From Candidatus Poribacteria bacterium (lineage in GTDB: Bacteria > Poribacteria > WGA-4E > PCPOR2b), in NCBI GenBank assembly GCA_965208675.1, contig OZ242351.1:3776001-3840000 (forward strand): a DNA stretch of 64,000 bases, written 5' to 3'. Both the position numbers and the translations under genes were made by a program. Shown piece by piece: positions 1-9,853 of this stretch. The notes under the pieces are model-generated. The model was not told the DNA's origin and did no database searches. It saw nothing but the letters and a program-made list of their open reading frames with translations. Each line of letters begins with the position of its first letter. Within the stretch, counting starts at the first letter, position 1.

Positions 1-59
1 ACAAAAATGAAACGCCTCATATTTTCAGATAATTGAAGTCTGCAATAAAGAGGAATAAA

Positions 60-1841
60 ATGTCAAAATTTGATTTTGTAATTGCTATGGGCGGCGCGCC
101 GGGTCAGGGACTTGAAAGTGCAGGTCCCGTATTGATAAGAATTTGCGCTCGCCGCGGGCTTTCTGCATTCGCCTACAGCGCGTATCAGTCGCTGATCCGC
201 GGCGGTCATACCTTTTTGACCATACGCATCTGTTCGGAACCGGTCGCTAACCATGGTGATAGGATTAATATGGTCATTGCATTGAATCAGGATGCGATGG
301 ATAAACACCTTCAGAATATTGCTCCGGGCGGGGTGATTCTTTATAACAGCGATAATACGTCCCCGCCAGATAATACTCCCGAAGATGTCCAGCTATGCGC
401 ACTCTCCTTTAAGGAACTGAGCAATAACAGCCGAAATAGAGTTATGCTAAATACGCTAATGCTTGGCGCTACGCTCTACATAACAGGCGCCGGCTTGGAA
501 GAACTTGAAGACATCTTGACAATTCAGTTCAAGCGAAAGGGCCAGGAAGTTGTTGATGAGAACATAGGTATTGCCCGCGCCGGTTATAATCATGCTGCCG
601 AACATTTTACCCCGTTTTCAACGCCGTTCCCATATCAGGATAAGCCGCTCGCCGTGACGACTGGCAACGAGGCGATGGCGATGGGCGGTGCGGCAGCGGG
701 CGTCAAATTTTACTGCGCTTATCCGATGAGCCCATCGACGGGCGTTCTGCACTGGATGGCTGCGAACGCGAGAGATTTGGGCATTATGGTTCGTCAGGTT
801 GAGGATGAAATCGGGGTTGCTAATATGGCGATTGGTGCCGCCCATGCGGGCTGCCGCGCTATGTGCGCAACTTCGGGCGGCGGATTTGCTTTGATGAGTG
901 AAGCCATCGGGAGTGCTGGGATGATGGAGATACCAACTGTTTTTATAAATGTGCAGCGCGGCGGGCCTTCAACCGGGCTACCGACCAAGACGGAGCAGGG
1001 CGATTTATGGCAAATGCTCGGCGCCAGTCAGGGAGATTTTCCAAAGATTATTGTCGCGCCGACCAGTATTGCCGATGGTTTCCACACAATTCCCGAGCTA
1101 TTTAATTTAGTGGATAAATTTCAGTGCCCGGGTATGGTCATCTCCGATCTCACCCTGTCTATGGGATACACGACCATCGATCCCGAAGAAATCAATTGGA
1201 ATCCTGAGATAGATCGGGGCGAACTCATCGCCGAAGACAACGTCAGCGGGGATAAATACCTGCGTTTCAAGGTTACTGAGAGCGGTATCTCTCCACGCGC
1301 ATTACCGGGGACGGCTGGACACGTACACGTCGTAGCAACTGACGAACACGATGAAGATGGCGGCTTGATTACTGATGAATTTACAAACCCGCACATTCGC
1401 CGAGAGATTATGGAAAAACGGCAGCGTAAAATGGAAGGTATTAGTGCGTTAATGCCGCCGCCGGATCTCAAAGGCGCTGAAGACGCCGATATCACCCTAA
1501 TTGGCTGGGGTTCTACAGAAGACGTCATTGGGGAAGCCGCCAGCCTGTTGAGAACGGAAGGATTCAGCGTCAATCATGTACATTTCAAATGGCTTTACCC
1601 GATAAATGAAGATAGAACTAACCAGGTACTCTCCAAATGTAAACGAGCAATTATTGTGGAATGTAACTACACAGGCCAATTTGCGCGCTTCTTGCGTGGG
1701 GAAACCGGCTTCAAAGCTGATGGGCATATACGCAAGTATGACGGGGAGCCGTTTATGCCGCACCATATAGTGGATGGTGCCAAAGAGATAGATGCTGGTA
1801 AAACAGATTTGTATGTGCCGTATCAAGAAATTGTGGTATAA
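60..1841 (+). CDS. korA: 2-oxoacid:ferredoxin oxidoreductase alpha subunit (gamma-alpha fusion)
   Basis: GGAPGQG and IRGG N-terminal motifs, YPMSPS, QVEDEI, TSGGG, QRGGPSTGLPT. ATG at 60 after AGAGGA. Substrate specificity cannot be determined from sequence. Confidence 0.9.
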   Translation: MSKFDFVIAMGGAPGQGLESAGPVLIRICARRGLSAFAYSAYQSLIRGGHTFLTIRICSEPVANHGDRINMVIALNQDAMDKHLQNIAPGGVILYNSDNTSPPDNTPEDVQLCALSFKELSNNSRNRVMLNTLMLGATLYITGAGLEELEDILTIQFKRKGQEVVDENIGIARAGYNHAAEHFTPFSTPFPYQDKPLAVTTGNEAMAMGGAAAGVKFYCAYPMSPSTGVLHWMAANARDLGIMVRQVEDEIGVANMAIGAAHAGCRAMCATSGGGFALMSEAIGSAGMMEIPTVFINVQRGGPSTGLPTKTEQGDLWQMLGASQGDFPKIIVAPTSIADGFHTIPELFNLVDKFQCPGMVISDLTLSMGYTTIDPEEINWNPEIDRGELIAEDNVSGDKYLRFKVTESGISPRALPGTAGHVHVVATDEHDEDGGLITDEFTNPHIRREIMEKRQRKMEGISALMPPPDLKGAEDADITLIGWGSTEDVIGEAASLLRTEGFSVNHVHFKWLYPINEDRTNQVLSKCKRAIIVECNYTGQFARFLRGETGFKADGHIRKYDGEPFMPHHIVDGAKEIDAGKTDLYVPYQEIVV

Positions 1842-1852
1842 GGAGGAATCAC

Positions 1853-2752
1853 ATGGCAAAGGATGATAAACCCATCAAAGCCGCACCAACAGCGAAGGAT
1901 TTTAAGGGAAGTGTAGCCCCAGATTGGTGTCCAGGCTGCGGTGATTTTGGGGTATTGAGGGCGCTTGAGATGGCGTGCGCGAAGACCGGACGCGAACCGC
2001 ACGAGTTTGTAACGATTAGCGGCATCGGATGTTCTTCCAATCTGCCCGGCTTTTTTAATACTTATGGAATGCATACGCTTCACGGCCGGTCGCTTGCTGT
2101 GGCTACCGGCGTCAAACTCGCCAATCACAATCTCAAAGTAATCGTGACCGGCGGGGATGGCGATGGTTTTGGTATCGGCGGCAACCATTTCATGCATACC
2201 ATGCGCCGCAATATCGATCTCCTATACATTGTGATGGATAACCAGATTTACGGATTGACAATTGGTCAGGCATCACCCACGAGCCGAATGGGAATGAAGA
2301 CAAAGAGTACCCCCTTTGGCACCGTCGAACAACCCATCAATCCGCTTGCCTTGGCGATTGTTTCCGGTGCAACCTACGTTGCAAGAGGATTTAGCGGTGA
2401 CACGAAGCATCTCACCGAACTGATGTACAGAGGCATGGAACACGAAGGATTCGCTTTTGTAGATGTTTTCAGCCCTTGTATTACTTTCAACAGAGACAAC
2501 ACATTTGCATATTTCAAACAACGTGTGAGGAAACTCGAAGAAACGGACCATGATCCCAATGATATGCAAGCAGCGATTACGCACGCCATGACATGGGACG
2601 AGGAAATCCCCATCGGGCTGTTTTATCACGACACGAGTCGTTCTTCTCTTGAAGAACTGGAGCCAGTCCTTCATGAAGGTGTTCCGCTTGCACATCAGCA
2701 GCTCGGCATTACAAAGGAGCAGGGAGATGCCATCATCAGAAAGATGATGTAA
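1853..2752 (+). CDS. korB: 2-oxoacid:ferredoxin oxidoreductase beta subunit
   Basis: WCPGCG, SGIGCS, TLHGR, TPP-binding GDGD..N motif, YGLTxGQxSPT; SD AGGAGG. Confidence 0.92.
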   Translation: MAKDDKPIKAAPTAKDFKGSVAPDWCPGCGDFGVLRALEMACAKTGREPHEFVTISGIGCSSNLPGFFNTYGMHTLHGRSLAVATGVKLANHNLKVIVTGGDGDGFGIGGNHFMHTMRRNIDLLYIVMDNQIYGLTIGQASPTSRMGMKTKSTPFGTVEQPINPLALAIVSGATYVARGFSGDTKHLTELMYRGMEHEGFAFVDVFSPCITFNRDNTFAYFKQRVRKLEETDHDPNDMQAAITHAMTWDEEIPIGLFYHDTSRSSLEELEPVLHEGVPLAHQQLGITKEQGDAIIRKMM

Positions 2753-2813
2753 TCTGAGTGCGCTAGCTAGTCAGGTTTTTGAGCAAGTGCGAGAATTTGT
2801 CTTGTTTTCTCCG

Positions 2814-2850
2814 AAACAGCCCCGATTGCTGATTGGGGCTGTTTTTGTTT
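2814..2850 (+). terminator. Intrinsic terminator after korB
   Basis: AAACAGCCCCGAT-tgctg-ATTGGGGCTGTTT followed by a T-rich run. Confidence 0.75.
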
Positions 2851-2961
2851 GTGGGAAAAGCCTAAAGACAGCGCCAGTGGCTTGTGTCCTGTTGCCAGCA
2901 AGAGCGTCTTTACCGACCACTAGCTGCTAGTCAATATTTCTAAGAGCGCGGGTATTTTCGT

Positions 2962-5658
2962 ATGAATTGTGAAGCTACAGACAATAAAACATCGCAAATG
3001 GAAGCTGCTGAACTTCACGAATGGTTCGATTCCTTGGATTATGTTTTGCAGCGTCATGGACCGGCGAGTGTTCAGCGTCTATTGCGCACATTAAACATCC
3101 ATGCATTTGAGCAGGGCGTTCGATTTCCTTTCACGGCGAATACACCCTACATCAACACCATTCCAGCAGAGCAGGAAGTTCAATTTCCGGGGAATAGAGA
3201 AATTGAGCGGCGTATCAAGAACATCATCCGTTGGAATGCAATGGCGATGGTGGTGCGCGCCAACCGCGATGACAGCTCCGTCGGAGGACATATTTCAAGC
3301 TATGCTTCCGCGGCTACATTATATGAGGTTGGTTTTAACCACTTTTTCCGCGCTAAGAGTGAAGACCATGAAGGCGATTTGGTCTATTTTCAAGGACATG
3401 CCTCACCCGGGATTTATGCCAGGGCATTTTTGGAAGGGCGTATTTCCAAACAGGATTTGGAGAACTTCCGTAAAGAACTACAACCCGGGGGCGGCCTCTC
3501 ATCATATCCTCATCCATGGTTGATGCCAAACTTCTGGCAATTTCCCACAGTTTCCATGGGACTTACGCCGATTATGGCGATTTATCAAGCTCGGTTTGTA
3601 CGCTATCTTGAGGATAGGGGCTTAAAAGCACCGAGCGATGCAAAAGTGTGGGCTTTCCTTGGCGACGGCGAAATGGACGAACCGGAATCCCTCGGGTCAA
3701 TCTCTCTGGCTTCCCGAGAAAGACTAGACAACCTAATCTTTGTGATTAACTGCAACCTACAGCGGCTTGATGGCCCTGTGCGGGGAAACGGCAAAATTAT
3801 CCAAGAACTAGAAACTGTCTTACGGGGCGCTGGCTGGAATGTCATCAAAGTCATTTGGGGGGACGACTGGGACCCGCTGCTCGCTGAAGACCGCGAAGGA
3901 CATTTGTTGAAGCGGATGGAAGAGGTTGTTGACGGGCAGTATCAAAAGTACAAGACGGGTTCCGGGGCGGAATCCGGACGGTATATCCGCCAACACTTTT
4001 TTGGTGAGGCGCCTCGCTTACTGGAACTCGTTAAGCACCTTTCCGATGAACAGCTCTACAAGTTGAGGCGGGGCGGGCACGATCCCAAAAAGGTGTATAA
4101 TGCATATAAAGCCGCCTTCGATCACAAAGGCGCCCCTTCTGTCATTTTGGCGAAAACAATAAAAGGATACGGCCTCGGTGAAACCGGTGAAGGCAAGAAC
4201 ATCACTCATCAACAGAAGAAGTTGAACGAGGAGGAGCTTCGTGAATTTCGAAGCCGTTTTAATATCCCGATTTCAGATGATGAAGTTGCCGAAGCGCCGT
4301 TTTACAGGCCGCCTGACAATAGTCCGGAAATACAATACCTGCACGAACGCCGGCGGAAACTCGGCGGCTATGTACCTAAACGTACGGTAATGGCACCACC
4401 CCTTAAACGACCGCCGGAATCTCTGTTTGCAGAGTTTTACAAAGGCTCGGACGGCAGGGAGGTTTCCACGACAATGGCGTTTGTGCGGATGCTAACGAAA
4501 ATGCTGCGGGATAAGGAGATTGGCGAGTTAATTGTGCCAATCGTGCCTGATGAGGCTCGTACTTTCGGAATGGAAGCCTTATTCCGACAGGTTGGCATTT
4601 ACTCGTCTGTCGGGCAGCTTTACGAACCTGTTGACGCCGACACGCTGCTCTACTATAAAGAAAGCAGAGATGGACAAATTCTAGAAGAAGGGCTTACCGA
4701 AGCGGGTTCAATGTCTTCGTTTATGGCTGCAGGCACCGCATATGCGACTTTCGGCATCAACACTATCCCCTTCTTCATCTTCTATTCCATGTTTGGGCTT
4801 CAGCGGATTGGCGATTTCATATGGGCGGCTGGCGACATGCGTTGCCGGGGTTTCCTTATCGGTGCAACTTCAGGCCGCACCACGCTCGCCGGCGAGGGGC
4901 TCCAGCATCAGGACGGACATAGCCATCTGCTGGCATATTCCGTTCCAAACCTCCTCACATATGACCCCGCGTTCGCTTATGAACTGGCTATCATCCTTCA
5001 AGACGGTATCCGCCGGATGTATGAAGACCAGGAAAGTATCTACTACTATCTGACCGTGGGAAATGAACCGTACGTTATGCCGCCAATGCCCAACGAGGAT
5101 GTTAAGGATGGCATCCTCAAGGGGATGTACAAGTACAAAGGGACGGACTTAAAAGAGACGAACCTGCATGCTCAACTTTTGGGGAGCGGTTCTATCTTGA
5201 ATGAAGTTCTAAAGGCGGGGCAGATACTTGAAGATCGGTACAACGTTGCTGCCGATGTGTGGAGTGTTACGAGCTATAAACAGTTGTACCGCGATGGAGA
5301 TTCTGTCGAACGTTGGAATATGTTGCATCCGTCCGAGCAGGCTAGAGTTCCGTATGTAACCGCATGTTTCGAAGATGCGCCCGGTGTTTTTGTGGCGGCT
5401 TCGGATTATGTCAAAGCGCTTCCGGACTCGATTTCTCAATGGATACCTAGACCGCTTGTTACCTTGGGTACGGACGGCTTCGGCAGAAGTGATGACCGAG
5501 CCGCACTGCGTGATTATTTTGAAGTGGATGCCAGATTCATTACGCTGGCGACGCTTAATGCGCTTGCCTGCGAAGGCAAGATTTCATTTGACGTTGTACA
5601 GGCTGCGATGCAAGAATTGGAGATAGACTCGAAAAAACCCAATCCTTTGGATGTTTAG
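2962..5658 (+). CDS. aceE: Pyruvate dehydrogenase E1, homodimeric type
   Basis: 898 aa; YINTIP, IRWNAMAMV, SSYPHP, PTVSMGL, GDGEMDEPES, IVPDEARTFG, GEGLQHQDGHS. Confidence 0.95.
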   Translation: MNCEATDNKTSQMEAAELHEWFDSLDYVLQRHGPASVQRLLRTLNIHAFEQGVRFPFTANTPYINTIPAEQEVQFPGNREIERRIKNIIRWNAMAMVVRANRDDSSVGGHISSYASAATLYEVGFNHFFRAKSEDHEGDLVYFQGHASPGIYARAFLEGRISKQDLENFRKELQPGGGLSSYPHPWLMPNFWQFPTVSMGLTPIMAIYQARFVRYLEDRGLKAPSDAKVWAFLGDGEMDEPESLGSISLASRERLDNLIFVINCNLQRLDGPVRGNGKIIQELETVLRGAGWNVIKVIWGDDWDPLLAEDREGHLLKRMEEVVDGQYQKYKTGSGAESGRYIRQHFFGEAPRLLELVKHLSDEQLYKLRRGGHDPKKVYNAYKAAFDHKGAPSVILAKTIKGYGLGETGEGKNITHQQKKLNEEELREFRSRFNIPISDDEVAEAPFYRPPDNSPEIQYLHERRRKLGGYVPKRTVMAPPLKRPPESLFAEFYKGSDGREVSTTMAFVRMLTKMLRDKEIGELIVPIVPDEARTFGMEALFRQVGIYSSVGQLYEPVDADTLLYYKESRDGQILEEGLTEAGSMSSFMAAGTAYATFGINTIPFFIFYSMFGLQRIGDFIWAAGDMRCRGFLIGATSGRTTLAGEGLQHQDGHSHLLAYSVPNLLTYDPAFAYELAIILQDGIRRMYEDQESIYYYLTVGNEPYVMPPMPNEDVKDGILKGMYKYKGTDLKETNLHAQLLGSGSILNEVLKAGQILEDRYNVAADVWSVTSYKQLYRDGDSVERWNMLHPSEQARVPYVTACFEDAPGVFVAASDYVKALPDSISQWIPRPLVTLGTDGFGRSDDRAALRDYFEVDARFITLATLNALACEGKISFDVVQAAMQELEIDSKKPNPLDV

Positions 5659-5761
5659 TAGTGATTAGTGACGGGTGTAAAGGCAGCGATTCGTGGATGG
5701 TGATGAGCAAAAGCCTTAACTAACCACTGAACAAAAACCTGTAACAACTTGGTGAAGAGAG

Positions 5762-7087
5762 ATGGAACAACAATTTGTGCTTCCCGAACTTGGTGAAAAT
5801 ATAGAAGATGGCGATGTTTTAAGCATCTTGGTATCAGTGGGGGATACCATCGAAGAAGAGCAGCCCGTACTGGAAATCGAAACGGACAAGGCAGCCATTG
5901 AGGTGCCGTGCTCGGTTAGCGGTGTTGTCAAAGCGATTCATGTAGAAGAAGGCGGTAAGGCTAAAGTTGGACACCCCATCCTGACTGTGGAGACGATGGG
6001 TGAGGGTAAAGCCGTTGAGGTCGAAGCGCCTACTGCGACAAGCGTAGCTGATGATGAGGATACAATTACGCCTGAAGATTCGCCTCAGGACGCGGCGCCG
6101 GTAGTCGAATTCGAACCCGCACACCGCATCCCCGATACGCCGCCGACAGAGGTAATTCCTCGTGACATTGCGCCGGCATCGCCATCCGTTCGCCGATTTG
6201 CGCGCGAGATTGGAATTGATATAAATCAAGTCACTGGTTCAGGTCCTGGTGGACGAATTTCTGTTGACGACATCAAGAATCATGCATATCAAATTAATGC
6301 TGAGCCAATAGCACAAGGGGCAGCTTCCCCGGGTGCTGCGAGCCAAATTCCCGCGCCGCCGCTTCCGGATTTCTCGAAATGGGGCGAAGTGGAACGTGAG
6401 CCGATGAGCAGTGTGCGCCGTGCGACCGCGGCGCACATGGCGACTGCCTGGTCGGCAATCCCCCATGTGACTCAATCCGATAAGGCTGATATTACCGAAT
6501 TAGAAAAACTTCGCAAGCAATTCCAGGCGAGAGCAGAAACGTCGGGAGGAAAACTGACGATTACCGCTATTGTGCTAAAAGTCGCCGCTTTTGCGTTGAA
6601 ACGGTTCCCGCAATTTAACGCAAGCGTCGATATGGCGAAGCGCGAAATCATCTATAAGAAATATTACGATGTCGGCGTAGCGGTTGATACGGATCGTGGA
6701 CTTTTGGTGCCGGTCATTCGGGATGTAGATCGGAAGAGCATCATTGAGCTATCTGCCGAATTAAGCCAGATTGCCGAAATGGCGCGCAGCAAGAAACTGA
6801 CGCCTGAAGATATGCAGGGCGGAACGTTCACGGTAACGAATCTAGGGGGTATTGGCGGCACTCACTTTTCTCCAATTGTGAATCATCCCGAGGTTGCGAT
6901 TCTCGGTATTGCCCGCGGCCGTATTGAACCTGTCCTGATTAACGACGCGTTTCAACCCCGCACGCTGTTGCCGCTCATACTTTCGTACGATCACCGCTTA
7001 ATTGACGGAGCGGATGCGGCTCGATTTTTGCGCTCGATTGCGGAAATGCTTGAGGAACCTTTCTTGATTGCACTGGATTTGAAATGA
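5762..7087 (+). CDS. aceF: Dihydrolipoamide acyltransferase E2
   Basis: Lipoyl domain ETDKA, E3-binding ASPSVRRFARE, catalytic DHRLIDG. Confidence 0.93.
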   Translation: MEQQFVLPELGENIEDGDVLSILVSVGDTIEEEQPVLEIETDKAAIEVPCSVSGVVKAIHVEEGGKAKVGHPILTVETMGEGKAVEVEAPTATSVADDEDTITPEDSPQDAAPVVEFEPAHRIPDTPPTEVIPRDIAPASPSVRRFAREIGIDINQVTGSGPGGRISVDDIKNHAYQINAEPIAQGAASPGAASQIPAPPLPDFSKWGEVEREPMSSVRRATAAHMATAWSAIPHVTQSDKADITELEKLRKQFQARAETSGGKLTITAIVLKVAAFALKRFPQFNASVDMAKREIIYKKYYDVGVAVDTDRGLLVPVIRDVDRKSIIELSAELSQIAEMARSKKLTPEDMQGGTFTVTNLGGIGGTHFSPIVNHPEVAILGIARGRIEPVLINDAFQPRTLLPLILSYDHRLIDGADAARFLRSIAEMLEEPFLIALDLK

Positions 7088-7165
7088 TCGCCTGAACGAG
7101 TAGCGATGGATCAACTGAGCGAATAGCGAGGGATCAACCGAGTGAACAGCGAGGGCGAAAGTCTT
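7086..7165 (+). repeat. 23-bp structured repeat, 3 tandem units (type copy of a family at about 16 loci)
   Basis: (GATCAA-NN-GA-NN-GAATA-NN-GA-NN)n followed by GCGATAGTCTT. Other loci start at 12124, 14173, 14673, 23518, 26203, 26436, 27141, 34818, 39437, 56513, 56606, 59616, 62843, 63545 (partial) and 63695-63728 (minus strand). Confidence 0.9.
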
Positions 7166-7213
7166 CATTCTCCACTCAACACTGCTCTTTTTCACCGTCC
7201 TTGAGGATGCAAA

Positions 7214-8632
7214 TTGGGAATCGATAATTCAACGCAAGTTGCTGTAATTGGCGCAGGTCCTGGTGGATATGCCGCCGCATTTAGAGCTGCGGATTTGGGG
7301 ATGCAAGTTACCCTGATTGATTTGGAGCCCAATCCTGGCGGCGTCTGTCTTTACCGAGGTTGTATTCCGTCCAAAGCCCTATTACATATCGCAAGGGTGC
7401 TTACAGACGCACGCGAAGCGGTCGATTTGGGAATTGAATTTACTAAGCCGGCAATTGACCTCCATCGGGTGCGCACCTGGAAAGCGGGTTTGGTACAGAA
7501 AATGACGGCGGGGCTTGCGGAACTTTGTCAGCATCGAAATGTCAACTATATCCAAGGTAGAGCCATTTTCTTGGACGCTAAGAATCTTAGAATTCAGACC
7601 GATCTGGGTGAAGAAAACACACTGTTGTTCGACCATGCAATTTTGGCAACCGGCTCCCGACCCGCCACCGTACCTAACCTGTCCGTAAAAGGGCCTCGCA
7701 TTCTCGACTCAACGATCGCATTGGAACTAGATGAAGTTCCAAGAAACATGCTAGTGGTGGGCGGCGGCTACATCGGACTTGAGCTGGGGAGTGTTTACGC
7801 GGCACTCGGAACAGATGTCTCTGTCGTGGAGATGTTACCCGGTTTGCTAACGGGCGTTGACCGTGATCTCGTCAATGTCATCTCCAAGCGGCTGGAAAGG
7901 TTGTTCAAATCCATCGTTACCAATACCAAGGTTGCGCACATGGAAGAAACCCCAGAAGGTATCCGGGTACGACTTGAAGGTGCGGACATCGAAGCAACGG
8001 AACAGGTATTCGGGAAGATTCTCATCGCCATCGGGCGGAAGCCGAACACGATTGGTTTGGGTTTGGAAAATACAAGCGTCGAAATTGGCGGTGCGGGATT
8101 TGTTGTCGTGGATGCGCAAAGGCGGACGAAGGAGCCTACCATCTACGCCATCGGAGATGCGGCTGGAGAACCGATGCTTGCCCACAAGGCGTCTCATGAG
8201 GGTTTAATTGCGGCGGAAGCGATTGCCGGCCGCAAGGTTGCCTTTGAGCCGCGGGCGGTACCCGCGGTTGTCTTTACGGATCCGGAGATTGCATGGTGCG
8301 GCTTGACCGAGACGCAGGCGAAAAGCCAGAACCGACCCGTAGAGGTCGTCCGATTCCCGTGGGGTGCTTCCGGACGGGCGACGACGTTGGGGCGCAATGA
8401 CGGCCTCACCAAACTGCTCATCGATCCGGAGACAGAGCGGATATTGGGCGTGGGGATTGTTGGTGCCGGCGCCGGCGAGTTAATTGCAGAAGGCGTACTC
8501 GCCATCGAAATGGCGGCGACGGCATCCGACCTCCAATGGACTATCCATCCGCACCCAACCCTATCGGAAACAGTCATGGAATCCGCCGAAGTCTTTTTTG
8601 GCCACAGCACGCATATGTATCGGCCTAGGTAA
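7214..8632 (+). CDS. lpdA: Dihydrolipoyl dehydrogenase E3
   Basis: GAGPGGY, GGVCLYRGCIPSK, HPHPTLSE; TTG start after GAGGA. Confidence 0.95.
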   Translation: MGIDNSTQVAVIGAGPGGYAAAFRAADLGMQVTLIDLEPNPGGVCLYRGCIPSKALLHIARVLTDAREAVDLGIEFTKPAIDLHRVRTWKAGLVQKMTAGLAELCQHRNVNYIQGRAIFLDAKNLRIQTDLGEENTLLFDHAILATGSRPATVPNLSVKGPRILDSTIALELDEVPRNMLVVGGGYIGLELGSVYAALGTDVSVVEMLPGLLTGVDRDLVNVISKRLERLFKSIVTNTKVAHMEETPEGIRVRLEGADIEATEQVFGKILIAIGRKPNTIGLGLENTSVEIGGAGFVVVDAQRRTKEPTIYAIGDAAGEPMLAHKASHEGLIAAEAIAGRKVAFEPRAVPAVVFTDPEIAWCGLTETQAKSQNRPVEVVRFPWGASGRATTLGRNDGLTKLLIDPETERILGVGIVGAGAGELIAEGVLAIEMAATASDLQWTIHPHPTLSETVMESAEVFFGHSTHMYRPR

Positions 8633-8777
8633 GATTGGCCTTACCCTGAAGGGCGTTCTGCTTAGGCTTCCCACCTACTTGCCTTCCCGGGCGTATTGAT
8701 TTCCACTCTCTTTATATCCTATATAGACAATAGTGCTAGTTAAGTGTGAGCGAAATTCAACGATCGAAACCGAAGTC

Positions 8778-8806
8778 TTGACATTGCCCCGCTCCGACGG
8801 CATAAT
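8778..8806 (+). promoter_or_regulatory. sigma70-like promoter facing hicA (antisense)
   Basis: TTGACA-N17-CATAAT. Confidence 0.5.
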
Positions 8807-8932
8807 CGCAAGCGCCACGTAGTGCGCTAATAATGTCTACCTACCTGACACCAAAACACGCAGCTTACGGAGATTCCATTGTGGAGGCCGAATCCACAGC
8901 ATAGTAGATATAGATTGTCTAAGGCAACCAGT

Positions 8933-9145
8933 TTAAGAATTCTTAAATGTTTCCCAATCTATGCCTAACTGCCTAATTACAGTACGAAGCGTGCCAATTT
9001 TCAAATCCTTATTGCCCCAGTCAGGGATGACCGCTTCGTCTCCAGTTTTGGTATTAACCCAGGTGCGGTGAGATCCTGACTTGCGCTTAGGTTTTTCTTT
9101 ACAACCAAGCCGCTTTAATTTTTTGGTTGTGTTTCGATACTTCAT
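8933..9145 (-). CDS. hicA: HicA family toxin
   Basis: 70 aa, basic; KLKRLGC, GSH, IPDWGNKDLKIGTLRTVIRQLGI. Confidence 0.88.
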   Translation of the reverse strand: MKYRNTTKKLKRLGCKEKPKRKSGSHRTWVNTKTGDEAVIPDWGNKDLKIGTLRTVIRQLGIDWETFKNS

Positions 9146-9398
9146 TGAATGCGACTACCGTTTCAAATGAGGGCATAGAATCTTCAGTGAATTCATCACC
9201 TGAATATTTGATTGCATTAGGGAGCGGACGATTATTGTGTTCATAAAGCTCGACAACGGCAGCAAAAGCATCAATTACGTTGGCTTCCATTTCATCTAAT
9301 GAATCACATTCGGTTATCAATTCGGGTATTTCTTTACATGTTATGGTAAATCCACCTTCCGGCTGTGATTCAAGGCGGAGGGTCAAAACACATTCCAT
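9099..9398 (-). CDS. hicB: HicB family antitoxin (short, no obvious HTH)
   Basis: PEGGFTITCKEIPELITECDSLDE..NVIDA; acidic; upstream of and overlapping hicA. Confidence 0.85.
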   Translation of the reverse strand: MECVLTLRLESQPEGGFTITCKEIPELITECDSLDEMEANVIDAFAAVVELYEHNNRPLPNAIKYSGDEFTEDSMPSFETVVAFNEVSKHNQKIKAAWL

Positions 9399-9628
9399 AT
9401 TTTTAGCTATCCTTTCGTTTGCGAGTGATTAGGTGTCTGCAATAAAATCATATTCAATTATTAGTGGTATAAATAGTAGGTACACACACCATTCCCACGA
9501 AGCGAAGACACGCCACGAGCAATTACAATATAAATCACGTAACGATGGTTTGGAAGCAAATTATAGCATATGACCTCATAACCCATGTCAAGCAAAAAAC
9601 GCTGAAAAATGCGCTACCGAAGTATCAG

Positions 9629-9732
9629 TCAGCAATCAAAAACCATGATCGAATCGCTCACAGGACGCATCACCATCCGCACCTTACCCAAATCTTACCC
9701 GTTTACCCGTTACGCTTTACTCATTACTCTTT
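9629..9732 (+). repeat. ~100-bp duplicated intergenic element ending in TTACNCN heptamer repeats (second copy ~12011-12112)
   Basis: CAGCARTCAAAA(A)CCATGA...ACCTTAC.CAAATCTTA.CCGTTTAC...TTACGCTTTACTC. Heptamer runs also occur near 20590, 44085 and 48825. Confidence 0.75.
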
Positions 9733-9736
9733 TCCA

Positions 9737-9766
9737 TTGACAAATTCGGTGATTTGATACTATTAT
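9737..9766 (+). promoter_or_regulatory. sigma70-like promoter of the sensor kinase
   Basis: TTGACA followed by TACTAT/TATTAT at 15-18 nt spacing, ~90 nt before the ATG. Confidence 0.5.
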
Positions 9767-9853
9767 CCCGTAACAATCCCCGACAAATCCGAGTTGCACA
9801 AGCGAACCCATCAACTTAATCGTTTTTTGAACATGCGCTCCTAGGGAGAAAAC

